Positions 8,702 to 19,791 of a stretch of DNA of 32,000 bases are shown in pieces. Within the stretch, counting starts at the first letter, position 1, and every line of letters starts with the position of its first letter. The DNA is from Vulcanisaeta distributa DSM 14429. GTDB taxonomy: Archaea > Thermoproteota > Thermoprotei > Thermoproteales > Thermocladiaceae. The stretch lies in contig NC_014537.1 in the NCBI RefSeq assembly GCF_000148385.1, forward strand, positions 1,140,001 through 1,172,000, in the 5' to 3' direction. The translations under genes were made by a program, and so were the position numbers. The notes beneath the pieces were generated by a model that was not told the origin of the DNA, did no database searches, and saw only the letters and a program-made list of their open reading frames with translations.

Positions 8702-10633
8702 TTACATTCTCCTTAACCTGGGTATTCCAAGTATGTCCATAGCATTACCAAGCACTGTCCTCACGGCATTCACAAGGTTTATCCTAAACTCCCTAATACC
8801 AGGCTCGGCATTTAGCACAGGGTACTTTTCATAATAACTATTAAATACGAGGGACAGCTTATTCACATACTCAATTATGTTCTCAAGTCTTAACTCCTGA
8901 GCAGCCTTGGCAATCACTTCAGGATATTCGCCAAGTAATAATGTTAATTCCTTTTCCTCGCTGGCGATATTATTGGGTATTTGTGTAAGCTTAGGGACTT
9001 CGCCGGCCTTCTCAAGAATTCCGTTTGTCCTTACGTATGTGTATTGAACGAATGGCCCACTATTCTGCCTTAAATTCAGCACCTTATCCCATGAGAACGT
9101 CAATGGTTTATTTGGGCTCACAGAGAGGAATGAATACCTAATTGCACCAACGGCAACTGCCTCGGCGACTTTATCGGCCTCGTCAGGTGGGAATCTACCC
9201 TTCACAATCTCCATAACCCTATCCTTTGCCTCGTTAAGTAATTCATCAAGAGATACGTAAATTCCCTTCCTACCACTCATCTTCATTCCGGCTAGATTAA
9301 CCATCTCATAGGAATAATGAATCAATTTCCTGGCCAATTCGTGATACCCCATTGCATGTAGTGCTAACCTAAGTTGAGCCTGAGGATGGGCTTGCTCAGA
9401 GCCTATGACCCTTATTAGCTTATCGAACTTGAAGTTATCCCAGAACCATAAGGCGTAGGCAATATCCCTCGTTAAGTATAGGCTTGTTCCATCGCTCCTA
9501 AGTAGTGTTGCCTTCGGTATATACCTAGGTAGTTTAAGTTCATCCCAAAGATTAAGGTCCTGGGCATACTTATCGGCCCTAAATACCAATGCCCCATTAT
9601 CCCTCTCCATGTATTGCGGAGCCCTCCTAAGTAATTCATTAATCACCCTGGATACACCGCCATTATCCACGGCAACCTCACTCTCAAAATCCCACGAATC
9701 AAAGACAACACCAAGCCTATCCAGAGTTATCCTAAAGCCAGTAAGCACTACATCCACAGCCTCCCTAATGACCTTCCTAACGAATTCATCACCCTCCTCA
9801 TAAGCCCTCGACCACTGCTTAACCATTAATGGGAGATCCTCGAACTTACCCAACCCCTTAAGTAAAGCCTCAGTAAGTTCCTTATCCTTTTCTATGAAGT
9901 TGTTAATTACAGAAACCCACTCATCCCTCTCACCGATCAGCTTATTCGCATCATCATACTTACCCTCATTCTTAAGCTGTTCAATCTGTTTACTCAATCT
10001 CTTAATCTCGCTTACCGCATATGTCACTGAGTAAATGATGCCCATTACCTCGTCAGGCTTCCAACCACCATTAATCCTACTGAGTACTAAGTCCTTAGCC
10101 ACATAATAGCCAATACCAACATAGGGCATTTGATCACCACAATCATTAACGTAAAAATGAACCTTAACAGAAGCGCCACAAAACCTGAGCAACCTAGCCA
10201 ATGAATCGCCAAGTACGGCATTCCTGCCATGACCAATGTGCATGGGTTTTGCGGGATTTGCACTCGTATGCTCTATTATGTAACTACCCGTTGGGCACTT
10301 ATCGCTAAGTCCATATTTATCGCCTAAATTACTGATTGATAATAATACTATGTTTGCGTAATCATTTATATTAATATCAATGTTCAGATACCCATTAACT
10401 AATACGACCTTATTTATTAATTTTAATTGAGGTATTATTTTTTGATTTATTATTTCATCAATATTCCCATGCTCCCTTACAATACTATGCATTGGGATTG
10501 CTAGATAGCCATACTGTGGCGGTGCCCTTATCACCTCATTAACGTACTTGGTCACGTCAGTTCCAATCTCTGTGCTTAAAAGTTTTAGGAGCCTCTGGAC
10601 ATCCTCAATCACTTGATTATACGGATTGCTCAT
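8702..10633 (-). CDS. argS: Arginine--tRNA ligase
   Basis: 643 aa. It has the class I HIGH-type motif SANPAKPMHIGHGRN, an MSGRKG (KMSKS-like) motif, and an anticodon-binding C-terminus ending in ...RM, which is typical of ArgRS. Confidence 0.9.
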   Translation of the reverse strand: MSNPYNQVIEDVQRLLKLLSTEIGTDVTKYVNEVIRAPPQYGYLAIPMHSIVREHGNIDEIINQKIIPQLKLINKVVLVNGYLNIDININDYANIVLLSISNLGDKYGLSDKCPTGSYIIEHTSANPAKPMHIGHGRNAVLGDSLARLLRFCGASVKVHFYVNDCGDQMPYVGIGYYVAKDLVLSRINGGWKPDEVMGIIYSVTYAVSEIKRLSKQIEQLKNEGKYDDANKLIGERDEWVSVINNFIEKDKELTEALLKGLGKFEDLPLMVKQWSRAYEEGDEFVRKVIREAVDVVLTGFRITLDRLGVVFDSWDFESEVAVDNGGVSRVINELLRRAPQYMERDNGALVFRADKYAQDLNLWDELKLPRYIPKATLLRSDGTSLYLTRDIAYALWFWDNFKFDKLIRVIGSEQAHPQAQLRLALHAMGYHELARKLIHYSYEMVNLAGMKMSGRKGIYVSLDELLNEAKDRVMEIVKGRFPPDEADKVAEAVAVGAIRYSFLSVSPNKPLTFSWDKVLNLRQNSGPFVQYTYVRTNGILEKAGEVPKLTQIPNNIASEEKELTLLLGEYPEVIAKAAQELRLENIIEYVNKLSLVFNSYYEKYPVLNAEPGIREFRINLVNAVRTVLGNAMDILGIPRLRRM

Positions 10634-10700
10634 TCAATATTTGCTCTAACCCCTAATTATTAAATGTTTTAATGCTGCTGTTTAGATCTCGGTGTAAGGC

Positions 10701-10707
10701 TTATATA
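10701..10707 (+). promoter_or_regulatory. TATA box of the RNA polymerase operon (rpoH promoter)
   Basis: TTATATA is centred about 26 nt upstream of the GTG start at 10730. There is no SD motif in between. Confidence 0.5.
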
Positions 10708-10729
10708 GCCTTATGATGAGCCTACTGCC

Positions 10730-11002
10730 GTGAGTTCGGGAGGCAGGAGGAGGAAGACTGAGGAGCGCTTTAGGAGGATTCTTGAGCATGAGTACATGCC
10801 TAAGGCTGAGATTGTGCCCAAGGAGGAGGTTAAGGAGATACTAAGGCAGTTAAATGCCAAGGTTTTTCAGCTTCCATGGATTAGGGCAAGTGATCCGTTG
10901 GCGAGGGCCATAGGTGCTAAACCTGGTAACGTAATTAGGATAATTAGGAAGTCTGATACGGCTGGCGAGTTTGTCACGTACAGATTCGTGGTTCCAGGCT
11001 AA
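10730..11002 (+). CDS. rpoH: DNA-directed RNA polymerase subunit H (Rpb5 homolog)
   Basis: [19 protein letters not shown]...[41 protein letters not shown] matches the RpoH/Rpb5 C-terminal domain. It sits directly upstream of rpoB. Confidence 0.9.
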   Translation: MSSGGRRRKTEERFRRILEHEYMPKAEIVPKEEVKEILRQLNAKVFQLPWIRASDPLARAIGAKPGNVIRIIRKSDTAGEFVTYRFVVPG

Positions 11003-11122
11003 TATACAAAGCAATTTAAATAGGCCCCTTTATAAGAGGGTAAGAACCATGGTTATTCAATCTATGGATAAACATCCTGGAAAAAAGAGTTTAAATATTG
11101 ATTTTGCATGGGGTGATTAATC

Positions 11123-14100
11123 ATGCCGATAAATAATCCTAACATTGAGCATGGTAAGATGCTGGATTCAGTACCAATACCAATACTGAGGTCTAAGAGG
11201 GCTTACACGGCGTTTCCATCGTCAGACGATAGGTGGGAGTTAGTAAGGGCATTTATTAGGGAGGGCGGTCTCGTTAGGCATCAAATCGATTCATTTAATG
11301 ATTTCGTGGAGAAGAAGCTGCAGGAGATAGTTAATGAAAATAACATAATCGAGACTGAGGTCAAGGGTCTCTACATAAAGCTTGAGAGGATAGAGGTTGG
11401 GAAGCCAAGGGTTAGGGAGGCTGACGCCAGCGAGCACATTCTCTACCCAATGGAGGCCAGGCTCAGGAACCTAACCTACGCAGCGCCACTCTACTTAACA
11501 ATGGTGCTCTATGTAAATGATGAGGAGGTCGATAGGCAGAAGGTCTATATCGGTGATTTACCGATAATGGTCAGGTCTAAGTTCTGCAACCTATACGGGC
11601 TTAAACGGCAGGAGTTAATTAGTAAGCTTGAGGACCCGGATGACCCAGGTGGTTACTTCATCATTAATGGTAGCGAGAGAGTCATAGTTTCCCAAGAGGA
11701 TTTAGCACCAAATAAGCCATTCTATGACAAGGGTGATAAGGCCAGCATAACTCATGTAGCCAAGGTAATATCAATTGGCGCCGGGTACAAGACCACAGTC
11801 ACGGTCGAGAGACATAGGGATGGCATTATATACGTAACATTCCCAGCAATAGCCACTAGGATACCATTCCCAATAATAATGAGGGCGCTGGGCTTAGAGA
11901 CCGACGAGGACATCGTACTCGCCGTCAGTGACGACCCTGACATCCAAAATGAGCTATTACCATCACTTCAATTCTCAGTTCAAATAGCAAGTACCGTTGA
12001 TGATGCTCTAGACTTCATAGGCAGTAAGGTGGCCATTGGCCAGCCGAGAGAGGTTAGGATTGAGAGGGCTAAGCAGGTGCTCGATAGGTACTTCCTGCCG
12101 CACCTGGGCACTACTGAGGATGCTAGGATAAAGAAGGCTCTAATGGTTGGTCAAATGGTTAAGGGCGTTATTGAGATGTACCTTGGGCGTAGGCAGCCTG
12201 ATGATAAGGACCACATTGCCAACAAGAGGGTTAGACTGGTTGGCGATTTAATGGCTCAATTATTTAGGGCTGTCTTTAGGCAGGTACTTCAGGACATTAG
12301 GCAGCAGTTAGAGAGGCATTATTCAAGGGGTAAGATACCGAGCCTAGTCACTCTTGTAAGGGCAGACATAATAACTGAGAGGGTTAGGCACGCAATAGCT
12401 ACGGGTAATTGGATAGGCGGTAGGACAGGCGTATCACAAATGCTTGATAGGACTAATATCATGTCGACATTAAGCCATTTGAGGAGAGTCGTATCCAACC
12501 TAAGCAGGACACAGCCTCATTTCGAGGCTAGGGACCTACACCCAACCCAATGGGGTAGACTCTGCGCCATTGAGACCCCCGAGGGTCAGAACTGCGGTTT
12601 AGTGAAGAACCTTGCATTACTGTCCACAATAACTGTTGGCGTTGATGAGAATGAGGTCGAGAAGCTGCTTTACGATCTCGGCGTAGTGCCAATACTAAGG
12701 GCTAGGAAGGAGGGTGTTAAGGGTACTGAGGTTTACCTGAATGGCAGGTTGATAGGCGTTCATACGGAGCCGGATAAGTTGGTGAGTACGATCCGGGAGA
12801 TGAGGAGGAGGGGACAGATTAATCATGAAATTAATGTTGCCAGGATAAGGAATGAATACCTTGATGAGGTGAGGGTTAATTGTGATGGCGGTAGGCTCAG
12901 GAGGCCGTTAATTATTATTGAGAATGGAAAGCCAAAGCTAAGGCCTGAACACGTTGAGAAGTTAAGGAAGGGTGAGTGGACTTGGAGCGACTTGATTAGT
13001 AATGGCATTATTGAGTACCTTGACGGTGATGAGGAAGAGAATGCATTGGTTGCCATTAACCCTGAGGAGGACATGAGCAAGTACACGCACATGGAGGTTA
13101 TACCATCGGTCATGATCGGCGCAGTGGCATCAATAATACCGTACGCGGAACACAACCAGTCACCTAGGAACATCTATGAAGCCGCAATGGCAAAGCAAAG
13201 CCTCGGATTCCCAGCCGCCAATTACAGGTTTAGGATGGATAGTAGGGGTCACTTACTCATTTACCCTGAGAGACCATTGGTAATAACGAGGGGTATAGAG
13301 CTTAATGGCTATTTAGAGAGACCCGCAGGGCAAAACGCTGTAGTCGCGTTATTAACATATACGGGCTACAACATGGAAGACGCCGTAATACTAAATAAGT
13401 CAGCCATTGAGAGAGGCATGTATAGGAGCGTATTCTTTAGAACATACGAGACGGAACAAATGAGGTACCCAGGCGGTGAGGAGGATAGGATAGAGATACC
13501 ATCCGCAGAGGTTAGGGGTTACAAGGGACCGGAGGCTTATGCGCACTTAGACGAGGATGGTATTGTATCGCCAGAGGTATTCGTATCTGGTGGTGAGGTG
13601 TTGATAGGCAAGACGTCACCACCAAGGTTCTATGGAGTATACACCGAAACAGTTGTGTCCAGTGCCAGGAGGGATTCATCAATAACGGTTAGACGTGGTG
13701 AGAAGGGTATTGTTGATAGTGTCGTGGTTACGGAGACAAATGAGGGTTATAAGCTCGTTAAGGTTAAGGTCAGGGAATTAAGGATTCCAGAGCTTGGTGA
13801 TAAGTTCGCCAGTAGGCATGGGCAGAAGGGTGTGATGGGTATGATGATACCAATGCAGGACATGCCATTTACGGAGGATGGAATAACACCGGACATAATA
13901 GTCAATCCACACGCATTACCAAGTAGAATGACTGTTGGCCAATTACTTGAGTCTATGGCAGGTAAGGTGGCGGCATTGAGGGGTGTTATGATCGATGCAA
14001 CGCCATTTGAGGGGGTAACTGAGGAGGAGCTTAGGGACTTACTCATTAGGTCCGGCTTTAGGTGGGATGGTAAGGAGGTAATGTATAGTGGGTTGACGGG

Positions 14101-14548
14101 TAGGAAGCTCGAGGCCGACATATTCATTGGCGTTGTTTACTATCAGAAGCTTCATCATATGGTTGCCGATAAGATACACGCTAGGGCGAGGGGCCCAGTG
14201 CAGATACTGACCAGGCAGCCAACGGAGGGTAGGTCTAGGGAGGGTGGTCTTAGGCTTGGTGAGATGGAGAGGGACGTGTTGATAGCCCATGGCGCAGCTG
14301 CCCTACTTAGGGAGAGGCTTGTTGAGTCAAGTGATAGGTATGTAATGTATGTCTGTGAGGATTGTGGCATGATTGCTTGGTATGATTCCAATAAGGGTAA
14401 GCCGGTTTGTCCAATACATGGTGATAAGGGTAGGATTGTGAGGGTTGTTGTGCCCTACGCATTTAAGTTATTGCTTCAGGAGTTAATGAGCCTAGGTATC
14501 TACCCAAGGATTGAGGCGGGTGATTTAATTGAGGAGAGGAGGGCCTGA
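11123..14548 (+). CDS. rpoB: DNA-directed RNA polymerase subunit B (unsplit)
   Basis: 1141 aa. It has HPTQWGRLCAIETPEG, GYNMEDA, GDKFASRHGQKG, a MVADKIHARARGP box, and a C-terminal Zn ribbon CEDCG...CPIHG. Confidence 0.97.
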   Translation: MPINNPNIEHGKMLDSVPIPILRSKRAYTAFPSSDDRWELVRAFIREGGLVRHQIDSFNDFVEKKLQEIVNENNIIETEVKGLYIKLERIEVGKPRVREADASEHILYPMEARLRNLTYAAPLYLTMVLYVNDEEVDRQKVYIGDLPIMVRSKFCNLYGLKRQELISKLEDPDDPGGYFIINGSERVIVSQEDLAPNKPFYDKGDKASITHVAKVISIGAGYKTTVTVERHRDGIIYVTFPAIATRIPFPIIMRALGLETDEDIVLAVSDDPDIQNELLPSLQFSVQIASTVDDALDFIGSKVAIGQPREVRIERAKQVLDRYFLPHLGTTEDARIKKALMVGQMVKGVIEMYLGRRQPDDKDHIANKRVRLVGDLMAQLFRAVFRQVLQDIRQQLERHYSRGKIPSLVTLVRADIITERVRHAIATGNWIGGRTGVSQMLDRTNIMSTLSHLRRVVSNLSRTQPHFEARDLHPTQWGRLCAIETPEGQNCGLVKNLALLSTITVGVDENEVEKLLYDLGVVPILRARKEGVKGTEVYLNGRLIGVHTEPDKLVSTIREMRRRGQINHEINVARIRNEYLDEVRVNCDGGRLRRPLIIIENGKPKLRPEHVEKLRKGEWTWSDLISNGIIEYLDGDEEENALVAINPEEDMSKYTHMEVIPSVMIGAVASIIPYAEHNQSPRNIYEAAMAKQSLGFPAANYRFRMDSRGHLLIYPERPLVITRGIELNGYLERPAGQNAVVALLTYTGYNMEDAVILNKSAIERGMYRSVFFRTYETEQMRYPGGEEDRIEIPSAEVRGYKGPEAYAHLDEDGIVSPEVFVSGGEVLIGKTSPPRFYGVYTETVVSSARRDSSITVRRGEKGIVDSVVVTETNEGYKLVKVKVRELRIPELGDKFASRHGQKGVMGMMIPMQDMPFTEDGITPDIIVNPHALPSRMTVGQLLESMAGKVAALRGVMIDATPFEGVTEEELRDLLIRSGFRWDGKEVMYSGLTGRKLEADIFIGVVYYQKLHHMVADKIHARARGPVQILTRQPTEGRSREGGLRLGEMERDVLIAHGAAALLRERLVESSDRYVMYVCEDCGMIAWYDSNKGKPVCPIHGDKGRIVRVVVPYAFKLLLQELMSLGIYPRIEAGDLIEERRA

Positions 14549-14587
14549 TAAGGTTTATTTAATGGCTTGCCAAGGGGGTGATGAGTA

Positions 14588-17263
14588 ATGGCGACGCAAG
14601 CCGAGAAGACCTCCGTTAGGGAGGAGGAAATCCCGCTTAAGACTATAAAGGCCATTAAGTTCTCTATACTATCGCCGGACGTTATCAGGTCGATGTCCGT
14701 CATGGAGATAACTACGTCGGAGACTTATGATGAGGCCGGTAGGCCGATGGTTGGTGGATTAATGGATAGGAGGCTTGGCGTCGTTGAGCCTGGCGCTAGG
14801 TGTGAGACCTGCGGTAACCCACCCGATAAATGCCCTGGGCACTTCGGTAGGATAGAGCTCGCCAGACCAGTAATTCATGTTGAGTATGCCAAGTATATTC
14901 ATGACTTGCTTAGAACAACGTGTAGGGAGTGCGGTAGGATATTATTAACGGATGAGGAGATTGAGAAGTATAGTAAGAGGTTGGCTAGGTTAAGGGTTAG
15001 GTGGAAGTTACTTGCTGATAGGCTTATCGAGAGGATTAGGAAGAAGGCCATGGAGAGGACCGTATGCCCGCACTGCGGTGCTAAGCAGTATAAGATTAGG
15101 TTTGAGAGGCCGTACACGTTCTATGAGGAGAAGGAGAATGGTGTACTGGAGAAGCTAGATCCAATGAAGATTAGGGAGAGGCTTGAGAAGATCCCAGATA
15201 GTGACCTAGAATTACTGGGTTGGGATCCGAAGTTCGCAAGGCCTGAGTGGGCAATCTTAACAGTATTACCTGTACCGCCACCGCAGGTTAGGCCATCAAT
15301 ACAGCTGGAGACTGGGCAGAGGAGTGAGGATGACTTAACGCATAAACTCGTTGATATTGTTAGGGTTAATGAAAAGCTTAGGACGGCCATCGACTCAGGA
15401 GCGCCAAGTAGTGTGGTTGATCAGTTATGGGACTTACTGCAGTATCATGTGGCTACGTACTTCAATAATGAATTACCGAATCTACCACCAGTTAAGCATA
15501 GAAGTGGTAGACCACTTAAGACGCTTGCCCAGAGACTTAAGGGTAAGGAGGGTAGGTTCAGGGGAAGCCTATCAGGTAAGAGGGTTGATTTCTCATCAAG
15601 GACTGTAATTAGCCCCGACCCCAACCTAAGCATTAACGAGGTTGGCGTGCCAATTGACGTGGCTAAGATCCTAACGGTGCCGATGACCGTCACCGAGTGG
15701 AATATTGAGATGGCTAGGCAGTTGGTGCTTAATGGTCCTGAGGTATGGCCGGGCGCTAATTATGTGGTTTATCCAGACGGTAGGAGGGTTGACCTCAGGT
15801 ACTTCAGGGATAGGCGTGAGCTAGCCAATAAGTTAGCCCCTGGCTTCATAGTTGAGAGGCATTTAATGAATGGTGATATTGTACTATTCAATAGACAGCC
15901 AAGCCTGCATAGGATGTCGATGATGGGCCACATAGTTAGGGTGTTACCTGGCAGGACGTTCAGGCTACACTTAGCGGTTTGTCCACCATATAACGCGGAC
16001 TTTGATGGGGATGAGATGAACCTGCATGTGCCGCAGAATGAGGAGGCCAGGGCTGAGGCTAAGACGTTAATGCTTGTCCAGAACCACATAATAACGCCTA
16101 GGTACGGCGGGCCAATAATAGGCGCTAGGCAGGATTACATAACCGGCGGCTACCTACTAACTAGGAAGGATACATTTGTGAATAAGGAATTGCTCATGTA
16201 CCTATTAGCCGCGGCTAATTATGACGGTGAAATAGACGAACCAGCTATAATGCACCCGAAGGAGCTTTGGACAGGTAAGCAGGTAGTATCAATGCTACTA
16301 CCCAAGGACCTGAACTGGGTTCAACCAACGGCAATCAAGGAGAGCTGTAAGGATCCATATAATTGCTATACTGATGAGTATATAGTCGTGGTTAATGGCT
16401 ACATGGCCACTGGAGTCCTCGATAAGAAGTCCATTGGCGCTGAGCAGGTTGACTCGCTTTGGCACGTGGTAGTTAAGAGGTATGGTAATGACTATGCAAG
16501 GAAGTGGGTAGATTCCGTATTAAGGGCGTTACTTAGGTTCTTGGACCTTAGAGGATTCACAATGGGTATTGACTCATTGGAGATGCCGAGGGAGAGCTAT
16601 AATGAGCTTGAGAAGTTGTATGAGGAGAGTGAGAGGAAGGTCTTCGATTATATACAGAGGTTTAGGGAGGGTAAGCTTGAGGCTGAGCCTGGCTTAACGG
16701 TTGAGGAAACGTTAGAGAACGACATAACGATAGAGCTCAGCCGCGTTAGGGAAGCCGCCGCCCGCGTTGCCGAGAAGTACATCAATAAGGATGGCGAGGC
16801 CTACATAATGGCGAAAACAGGCGCGAGGGGCAGTATTGTAAATATAACGCAAATGGTCGCGATGATAGGCCAGCAAACAATAAGGGGTGAACGCTTCAAG
16901 AGGGGATTCACTGGAAGAACTACGGCTCACTTCGAACCTGGTGACCTTGGTCCTATGGCTAAGGGTTTCGTTAGAAATAACTTTAAGGTTGGTTTAACGC
17001 CAGTCGAGTTCTTCTTCCATGCAGCGGGCGGTAGGGATGGTCTAGTCGATACTGCGGTTAGGACGGCGCAGAGTGGTTATATGCAGAGGAGGCTCATTAA
17101 TGCGTTGCAGGACATCTACGTTGCCTATGACGGCACTGTCAGGAATGCCTCTGGTTCCATAATACAGACTAAGTATGCTGAGGATGGCATTGACGTTAGT
17201 AAGAGCGATCACGGCAGGCTCAATTTAGATGAAATATTTAGGAGGGCGGGTATAGGTAGGTGA
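14588..17263 (+). CDS. rpoA1: DNA-directed RNA polymerase subunit A' (N-terminal part of the largest subunit)
   Basis: 891 aa. It has the Zn motif CETCG...CPGHFG, the catalytic [10 protein letters not shown] box and [13 protein letters not shown]. Confidence 0.97.
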   Translation: MATQAEKTSVREEEIPLKTIKAIKFSILSPDVIRSMSVMEITTSETYDEAGRPMVGGLMDRRLGVVEPGARCETCGNPPDKCPGHFGRIELARPVIHVEYAKYIHDLLRTTCRECGRILLTDEEIEKYSKRLARLRVRWKLLADRLIERIRKKAMERTVCPHCGAKQYKIRFERPYTFYEEKENGVLEKLDPMKIRERLEKIPDSDLELLGWDPKFARPEWAILTVLPVPPPQVRPSIQLETGQRSEDDLTHKLVDIVRVNEKLRTAIDSGAPSSVVDQLWDLLQYHVATYFNNELPNLPPVKHRSGRPLKTLAQRLKGKEGRFRGSLSGKRVDFSSRTVISPDPNLSINEVGVPIDVAKILTVPMTVTEWNIEMARQLVLNGPEVWPGANYVVYPDGRRVDLRYFRDRRELANKLAPGFIVERHLMNGDIVLFNRQPSLHRMSMMGHIVRVLPGRTFRLHLAVCPPYNADFDGDEMNLHVPQNEEARAEAKTLMLVQNHIITPRYGGPIIGARQDYITGGYLLTRKDTFVNKELLMYLLAAANYDGEIDEPAIMHPKELWTGKQVVSMLLPKDLNWVQPTAIKESCKDPYNCYTDEYIVVVNGYMATGVLDKKSIGAEQVDSLWHVVVKRYGNDYARKWVDSVLRALLRFLDLRGFTMGIDSLEMPRESYNELEKLYEESERKVFDYIQRFREGKLEAEPGLTVEETLENDITIELSRVREAAARVAEKYINKDGEAYIMAKTGARGSIVNITQMVAMIGQQTIRGERFKRGFTGRTTAHFEPGDLGPMAKGFVRNNFKVGLTPVEFFFHAAGGRDGLVDTAVRTAQSGYMQRRLINALQDIYVAYDGTVRNASGSIIQTKYAEDGIDVSKSDHGRLNLDEIFRRAGIGR

Positions 17264-18438
17264 TGGACATGGCGGAGACAAAGAATGTGGTTTCTCAAGA
17301 GGAATTGAATAATGTGTTGGCACAACTAGCCAACATACTACCTCCGAGGATTATTGATGAATTGAAAAGTAAGCTATCAAGCATGGAAATAACGAGGGAG
17401 CAATTGGCAAGCCTAGTTAAGATATTAGTCAATGAGTACTACAAAATGCTTATCGACCCTGGGGAGGCAATAGGCATAGTCACTGCTCAGTCCGTTGGCG
17501 AGCCGAGTACTCAGATGATCCTCAGGTCATTCCACTTCGCAGGGCTCAGGGAATTCTCAATGGCCCTTGGTCTACCTAGGATGATAGAGCTTGTTGATGC
17601 CAGGAGGAAACCCTCAGTACCGATGATGACGATATACCTAGACGAGGGGCATAGAAGTGATCCAAATAAGGCCCAGGAAATTGCCTACAAGATTCAGTTA
17701 ACGACGATAGAGAATGTCGCTAAGAGTGTTGAGGTTGATTACATTAATTCACAAATAACCATTGAGATTGATGAGAACGAACTCAGGCAGAGGGGTTTGA
17801 GTATGGAGGATGTTAGGAAGGTTGTTGAGAGGATTAAGGGTAAGGGTGCGCAAGTTGAGATTGAGGGTAATGTCATTAGGATAACGCTGGAGGAGGCTGA
17901 CATTATAAAGCTTAGGAGGATTAGGGATAAGGTAATGCAGACCAGGCTTGCCGGTATTAAGAATGTTAAGAAGACCCTGGTTAGGTATAAGGATGGTGAG
18001 TGGATAATAGAGACTGAGGGCACAAACCTGGAGGCTGTCCTCACGATAGATGGTGTTGATTATAGGAGGACAATATCCAACGACATTCATGAGGTTGCTG
18101 AGGTACTGGGTATCGAAGCTGCCAGGACCGTCATAATGAGGGAGTTGAAGAAGGTCCTTGACCAGCAAGGTTTAGACACGGACATCAGACACTTAATGCT
18201 TATCTCTGACGTAATGACTTGGACTGGAAGGGTTAGGCAGGTTGGTAGGCATGGCGTTGTTGGTGAGAAGGAAAGCCCACTGGCCAGGGCTGCCTTTGAG
18301 GTTACGGTTAAGAACTTGGTTGAGGCCTCAATTAAGGGTGAGCTAGAGAACTTTAGAGGTGTTGTTGAGAGCGTGCTTGCTGGTAAGTACATACCTATTG
18401 GTACTGGCATTGTTCAGTTACTAATGGAATTTGAATAA
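17260..18438 (+). CDS. rpoA2: DNA-directed RNA polymerase subunit A'' (C-terminal part of the largest subunit)
   Basis: 392 aa. It has [19 protein letters not shown] (trigger loop/bridge region). The start is ambiguous: GTG 17260 and ATG 17263 overlap the rpoA1 stop, and ATG 17269 lies 4 nt after GGTGAT at 17259-17264. Confidence 0.95.
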   Translation: MMDMAETKNVVSQEELNNVLAQLANILPPRIIDELKSKLSSMEITREQLASLVKILVNEYYKMLIDPGEAIGIVTAQSVGEPSTQMILRSFHFAGLREFSMALGLPRMIELVDARRKPSVPMMTIYLDEGHRSDPNKAQEIAYKIQLTTIENVAKSVEVDYINSQITIEIDENELRQRGLSMEDVRKVVERIKGKGAQVEIEGNVIRITLEEADIIKLRRIRDKVMQTRLAGIKNVKKTLVRYKDGEWIIETEGTNLEAVLTIDGVDYRRTISNDIHEVAEVLGIEAARTVIMRELKKVLDQQGLDTDIRHLMLISDVMTWTGRVRQVGRHGVVGEKESPLARAAFEVTVKNLVEASIKGELENFRGVVESVLAGKYIPIGTGIVQLLMEFE

Positions 18439-18469
18439 AATATTACTTGAGCCTACCATTGGCATTAGG

Positions 18470-18477
18470 TTTAAATA
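18470..18477 (+). promoter_or_regulatory. TATA box for the rpl30e-nusA-rps12 unit
   Basis: TTTAAATA is centred about 28 nt upstream of the ATG at 18501. There is no SD motif. Confidence 0.5.
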
Positions 18478-18500
18478 GGGTTTTTTCAGGGCTGTCTTGA

Positions 18501-18812
18501 ATGATTGATATTTCACGAGAACTACAGGTCGCGTTGAATACAGGTAAGGTGGCGCTTGGTTATAAGGAATCACTTAAGGCAATAATTGATGGATCAGCAA
18601 AACTTGTAATACTAGCATCTAATGCACCGGCTGAGATCATGAATACCGTGCAGTACTATGCAAAGATTTCGAATGTGCCGGTATATGTGTTCCAGGGATC
18701 AAGCTGGGACCTCGGCGCAGCCGTCAGGAAGCCCTTCAAGATCTCAACAATAGTCATAATCGACCCAGGAGAAAGTAATATATTGGCTTTAGCATCACAA
18801 CGTACTGGGTGA
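18501..18812 (+). CDS. rpl30e: 50S ribosomal protein L30e
   Basis: 103 aa. LNTGKVALGYKESLKAI..GSAKLVILASNAP is the L30e/L7Ae-fold signature. The gene holds the conserved position after rpoA2. Confidence 0.9.
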   Translation: MIDISRELQVALNTGKVALGYKESLKAIIDGSAKLVILASNAPAEIMNTVQYYAKISNVPVYVFQGSSWDLGAAVRKPFKISTIVIIDPGESNILALASQRTG

Positions 18813-18817
18813 TCGTA

Positions 18818-19270
18818 ATGCCAAGCATTAGATTAACAGAAGAGGAAATTAGATACGTGGCATTATTTGAAAAGATAACTGGAATAACCCCAAGGGATAC
18901 GGTAATTGATCCGCAATATAACAGAATAATATTCATTGTTGATAAGAACTTCGCACCACTTGCTGTAGGTAAGAATGGTATCAACATTAGGAAATTGAAG
19001 GAATTAACGGGCAAGGACGTTGAGGTTGTTGAGTATGGGGAGACACCCGAGGAGTTGATTAAGAATAGCCTATACCCAGCTAGGGTAATTTCAGTAAAAA
19101 TAACGAAGTTACCCAACAATGGTAGTATAGCCATAGCCACAGTGCATAACGAGGATAAGGCAATAGCCATTGGTAAGCAGGGAAGGAACATAAACAGAGC
19201 CAAATTACTGGCTAAGCGGTACTTCGACATTGACAGGATAAAAATAGTATCGCCAGAACAAAGCCAGTGA
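18818..19270 (+). CDS. nusA: NusA-like transcription termination/antitermination factor (two KH domains)
   Basis: It has KH-like GKNGINIRKL and GKQGRNINRAK motifs and holds the conserved position between rpl30e and rps12. The track start is GTG 18809. ATG 18818 is preferred because GGTGAT at 18808-18813 lies 4 nt upstream. Confidence 0.85.
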   Translation: MPSIRLTEEEIRYVALFEKITGITPRDTVIDPQYNRIIFIVDKNFAPLAVGKNGINIRKLKELTGKDVEVVEYGETPEELIKNSLYPARVISVKITKLPNNGSIAIATVHNEDKAIAIGKQGRNINRAKLLAKRYFDIDRIKIVSPEQSQ

Positions 19271-19313
19271 CGTGAGGAAAAGTAAATAAGTACTTAAATT
19301 AACGGTGAAGGCG

Positions 19314-19757
19314 ATGCCTGGTAAAAAATCACCGCTTGGTATGTTTGCCGCCAGGGGATTGAAGGAGAAGAGGAAGAAGTTTAGGTGGAGTGACACGTAT
19401 TATAAGAGGAGGATGCTCGGCATAGCTAAGAAGTTTGACCCACTTGAAGGAGCACCAATGGCTAGAGGAATAGTCCTTGAGAAGGTCGGTGTCGAGGCAA
19501 GGAAACCAAACGCAGCCGTGAGGAAGTGCGTCAGGGTCCAAATAACTAAGAATGGTAAGGTTGTCACAGCATTCGTGCCGTGGGACGGTGGCTTAAATAT
19601 AATAAATGAGCATGATGAGGTAATAATCGAGAGAATAGGCGGTCCTGAGGGTAGGGCTTACGGAGACCTACCCGGCGTTAGGTTCAGGGTCATAATGGTT
19701 AATGGCGTTAGCTTAAAGGCCATATTGCAGGGAAAGAAGCAGAAACCCGTTAGGTAA
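19314..19757 (+). CDS. rps12: 30S ribosomal protein S12 (uS12)
   Basis: It shows [14 protein letters not shown]...[13 protein letters not shown]...GDLPGVRF. The track start is GTG 19305. ATG 19314 lies 5 nt after GGTGA at 19304-19308. Confidence 0.93.
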   Translation: MPGKKSPLGMFAARGLKEKRKKFRWSDTYYKRRMLGIAKKFDPLEGAPMARGIVLEKVGVEARKPNAAVRKCVRVQITKNGKVVTAFVPWDGGLNIINEHDEVIIERIGGPEGRAYGDLPGVRFRVIMVNGVSLKAILQGKKQKPVR

Positions 19758-19762
19758 TTTTT
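19758..19762 (+). terminator. T5 tract immediately after the rps12 stop codon (putative archaeal terminator)
   Basis: TTTTT follows the TAA at 19755-19757. Oligo-T tracts are the known archaeal intrinsic termination signal. The next gene is convergent. Confidence 0.3.
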
Positions 19763-19791
19763 AATTCAATTTAGGACTTTATAATCAATAA

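Noticed and set aside
10713-10761. AUGAUGA (10713-10719) plus CUGA (10758-10761) as a possible C/D box sRNA overlapping the rpoH start
   Set aside because: There are no acceptable D' or C' boxes at the required spacing. The element lies between the rpoH TATA box and inside the rpoH CDS.
11049-11120. 23-codon upstream ORF (MVIQSMDKHPGKKSLNIDFAWGD) in the 120-bp rpoH-rpoB spacer, ending 2 nt before the rpoB ATG
   Set aside because: The idea of a translational coupling device is tempting. However, it has no SD or TATA box at the right distance, it overlaps the rpoB SD, and it is short enough to arise by chance. There is no evidence beyond an open frame.
11752-18410. Many minus-strand ORFs of 63-139 aa inside rpoB, rpoA1 and rpoA2 (for example 12823-13173, 13747-14127 and 17749-18168)
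   Set aside because: They are antisense shadows of very highly conserved genes. Their Ser/Leu-rich, low-complexity translations carry no recognisable motifs.
18754-19230. 158-aa minus-strand ORF antisense to nusA
   Set aside because: It overlaps a conserved CDS in its conserved operon position. It has no family resemblance and no upstream TATA box.
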